Positions 62,351 through 64,000 of a stretch of DNA of 64,000 nucleotides are shown one piece after another. Origin of the DNA: an uncultured Thermoplasmata archaeon (GTDB lineage Archaea > Thermoplasmatota > Thermoplasmata > Lutacidiplasmatales > UBA184); assembly GCA_963715645.1 (NCBI GenBank), contig OY970259.1:815889-879888 (forward strand). The letters are read 5' to 3'. Numbering within the stretch: the stretch's first letter is position 1; every line of letters begins with the position of its first letter. The notes under the pieces were generated by a model that saw only the letters and a list, made by a program, of their open reading frames with translations, was not told where the DNA came from and did no database searches. A program made the position numbers and the translations under genes.

Positions 62351-63253
62351 ATGCGGGTCGTCTCCGTTCTGCCGAGCGCCTCCGAAATGGTCTTCGCGCT
62401 CGGCCACGGCGAGGAGCTGGTCGGGCGGAGCTCGGAGTGCGACTTCCCGGCCGCGGTCCGGGACCTGCCCGTGGTCATGCGACCGCGTGCCTGGGACGCA
62501 GAAGCCTCGTCCGCCGCGATCGATGCGCGCGTGACGGCGACGCGCGCGACGGGGCAGAGCCTCTACATGCTCGACATCTCCGAGATTGCCCGCTTGCGGC
62601 CGAACATCTTCCTCACCCAGGACCTGTGCGGAGTGTGCTCGGTGACCGACTCCGAGGTGGAGGAGGCATGCGCACGGGCCGGAGTCCGGCCGAGGGTCGT
62701 CTCCCTGACGCCGCGGAGCCTCGAGGAGGTCTGGTCGTCGACGGAGACCGTCGCAGACGCCTTGGGGGATTCGGAGGCAGGCCACCGGCTCGCCGCGACC
62801 CTGCGCGCCCGCGCACGCCGACCGTCCCGCGGTTCGGGTGCGCGCGTCGCGGTCGTCGAATGGCTGGACCCTCCCATACTCGCCGGCCTCTGGGCCCCGG
62901 AGATGGTCCGAGCCGCGGGGGGCGCTCCGGTTGGCACCCGGGCCGGTGAACCGGGCGTGCGGACCACCTGGGAGGCCATCTCGGCGGAAGAGCCGGACCT
63001 GGTTATCCTCGCCCCCTGCAGTTTCGCGGTCGAGCGCACCCGACGGGAGCTCGAGCGACCCTCCCTTCGCGCCGCGCTCGCCGGGGTCGGGGAGCCGCGC
63101 CTCGGGACGTTCCTCGCGGACGAGGCGTACTTCAGTCGTCCCGGTCCCCGCCTCGCGGACGGGATCGACTTGGTCGATCACTTACTCCAGGGGGCGGCGT
63201 GGCGCCCACCGATGCCCGTCCTCCCATGGACCGGGGCCGAGGTCGGCGCATGA
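62351..63253 (+). CDS. Cobalamin/Fe-siderophore-type ABC substrate-binding family protein (no signal peptide)
   Basis: MRVVSVLPSASE, SSECDFP, TQDLCGVC, EWLDP, YFSRPGPRL. Confidence 0.85.
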   Translation: MRVVSVLPSASEMVFALGHGEELVGRSSECDFPAAVRDLPVVMRPRAWDAEASSAAIDARVTATRATGQSLYMLDISEIARLRPNIFLTQDLCGVCSVTDSEVEEACARAGVRPRVVSLTPRSLEEVWSSTETVADALGDSEAGHRLAATLRARARRPSRGSGARVAVVEWLDPPILAGLWAPEMVRAAGGAPVGTRAGEPGVRTTWEAISAEEPDLVILAPCSFAVERTRRELERPSLRAALAGVGEPRLGTFLADEAYFSRPGPRLADGIDLVDHLLQGAAWRPPMPVLPWTGAEVGA

Positions 63254-63962
63254 GCGGCCCCTCCCCGTACCCTTACCAGGTACGCTACTCGTACACCGAC
63301 GGGAGCCCCACTGCCGACCCGGATCACCACCTCGCGCGCCGAACTGTTCCAGCTCTCGGTGGCATTCCTCGTGCTCACAGTCGACTTCGCGCTGATCCTA
63401 CGGTTCCGGTTCCTTGCTCCAGAGGGGCTTCGGATATGCCGCCTTCAGCCTGACCGTCGTCGCGGTCTCTGCGCTATCGGCCTTGACGGCGTTCGTCGCG
63501 CACGAGATGGCCCACAAGATCGCGGCCCAGCGCCTCGGCGCGTGGGCCGAGTTCCGGTACTCGCCCCTCATGCTCGTATTCTCCCTCCTGATCTCCTTCG
63601 CGGTCGGCTTCCTGTTCGCGGCGCCGGGCGCCACGGTCGTGAGCGGCATGTCGGACCGGCGAGAATGGGGGCGGACCAGCCTCGCGGGCCCGCTCTCGAA
63701 CATCGGCTTCTCCGCGGTCTTTTACGCCGCGGCGGTCGCCACGTATGCCGTCGGCTCGGCGTTCTTCGTACCCCTCCTGATCCTCGCCTTCTTCAACGGT
63801 TGGTTTGGGACCTTCAACCTGATCCCGTTCGGAGTGCTCGATGGAGCCAAGGTGTTCGCCTGGAGCAAGGCAGCCTGGGTCGGGGCGCTTGTTCCGGCGG
63901 CGATCCTGGCCGGCGTGACCTACGCGGCCCTCTTCTTCGGGACCCCGCTCTTGGTCCGGTGA
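63250..63962 (+). CDS. Site-2 protease (M50) family Zn metalloprotease, two frameshifts
   Basis: AHEMAHK, AGPLSN, FNLIPFGVLDG. Confidence 0.88.
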
Positions 63963-63966
63963 GACG

Positions 63967-64000
63967 ATGTCACGCCCGGAGGTCCGCGAGCTGGGCGAAG
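63967..64000 (+). CDS. Start of next gene (MSRPEVRELGE, resembles a ThiL N-terminus), 3'-partial
   Basis: ATG 4 nt after previous stop; LGE motif only. Confidence 0.3.
   Translation, partial: MSRPEVRELGE

Overview
High-GC archaeal chromosome segment, most consistent with class Thermoplasmata. Evidence: archaeal ribosomal, translation and RNA-modification genes, and thermopsin-type 'VTF.ETGLP.G..W.V' repeats in a secreted protein. From ~25 kb to the end the window is mostly housekeeping: rpl44e-rps27e-aIF2alpha-nop10, rpl1-rpl10-rpl12, purF, nop5-fibrillarin, a DRG GTPase, GINS, rpl15e, ftsY, prefoldins, argS, queC, purB, pcc1 and GGPP synthase. From ~1 to 25 kb it is accessory/metabolic: a Mo-hydroxylase, GMC oxidase, TreS, an ABC exporter, a cupredoxin, thiolase-like/DUF35 genes, secreted beta-propellers, a Pst transporter and APS kinase. 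About 35 single-base frameshifts, many in essential genes, point to an unpolished long-read assembly, and a conspicuous share sit at GTAC/CTAG, possibly a methylation footprint. Most notable observations: (1) a decayed casposase-type cas1 relic (~22.17-22.63 kb) missed by the ORF track, with no CRISPR array; (2) a VirD4/HerA-like ATPase directly followed by a three-gene active/inactive KaiC-like module; (3) a Cys-less thiolase-fold protein plus DUF35 with a 32-aa leader ORF; (4) two paralogous APS kinases, one with a 35-aa insertion, inside an insert that splits rpl18a from pfdA; (5) a PstC-PstA fusion. No tRNA, rRNA or CRISPR array was recognised.
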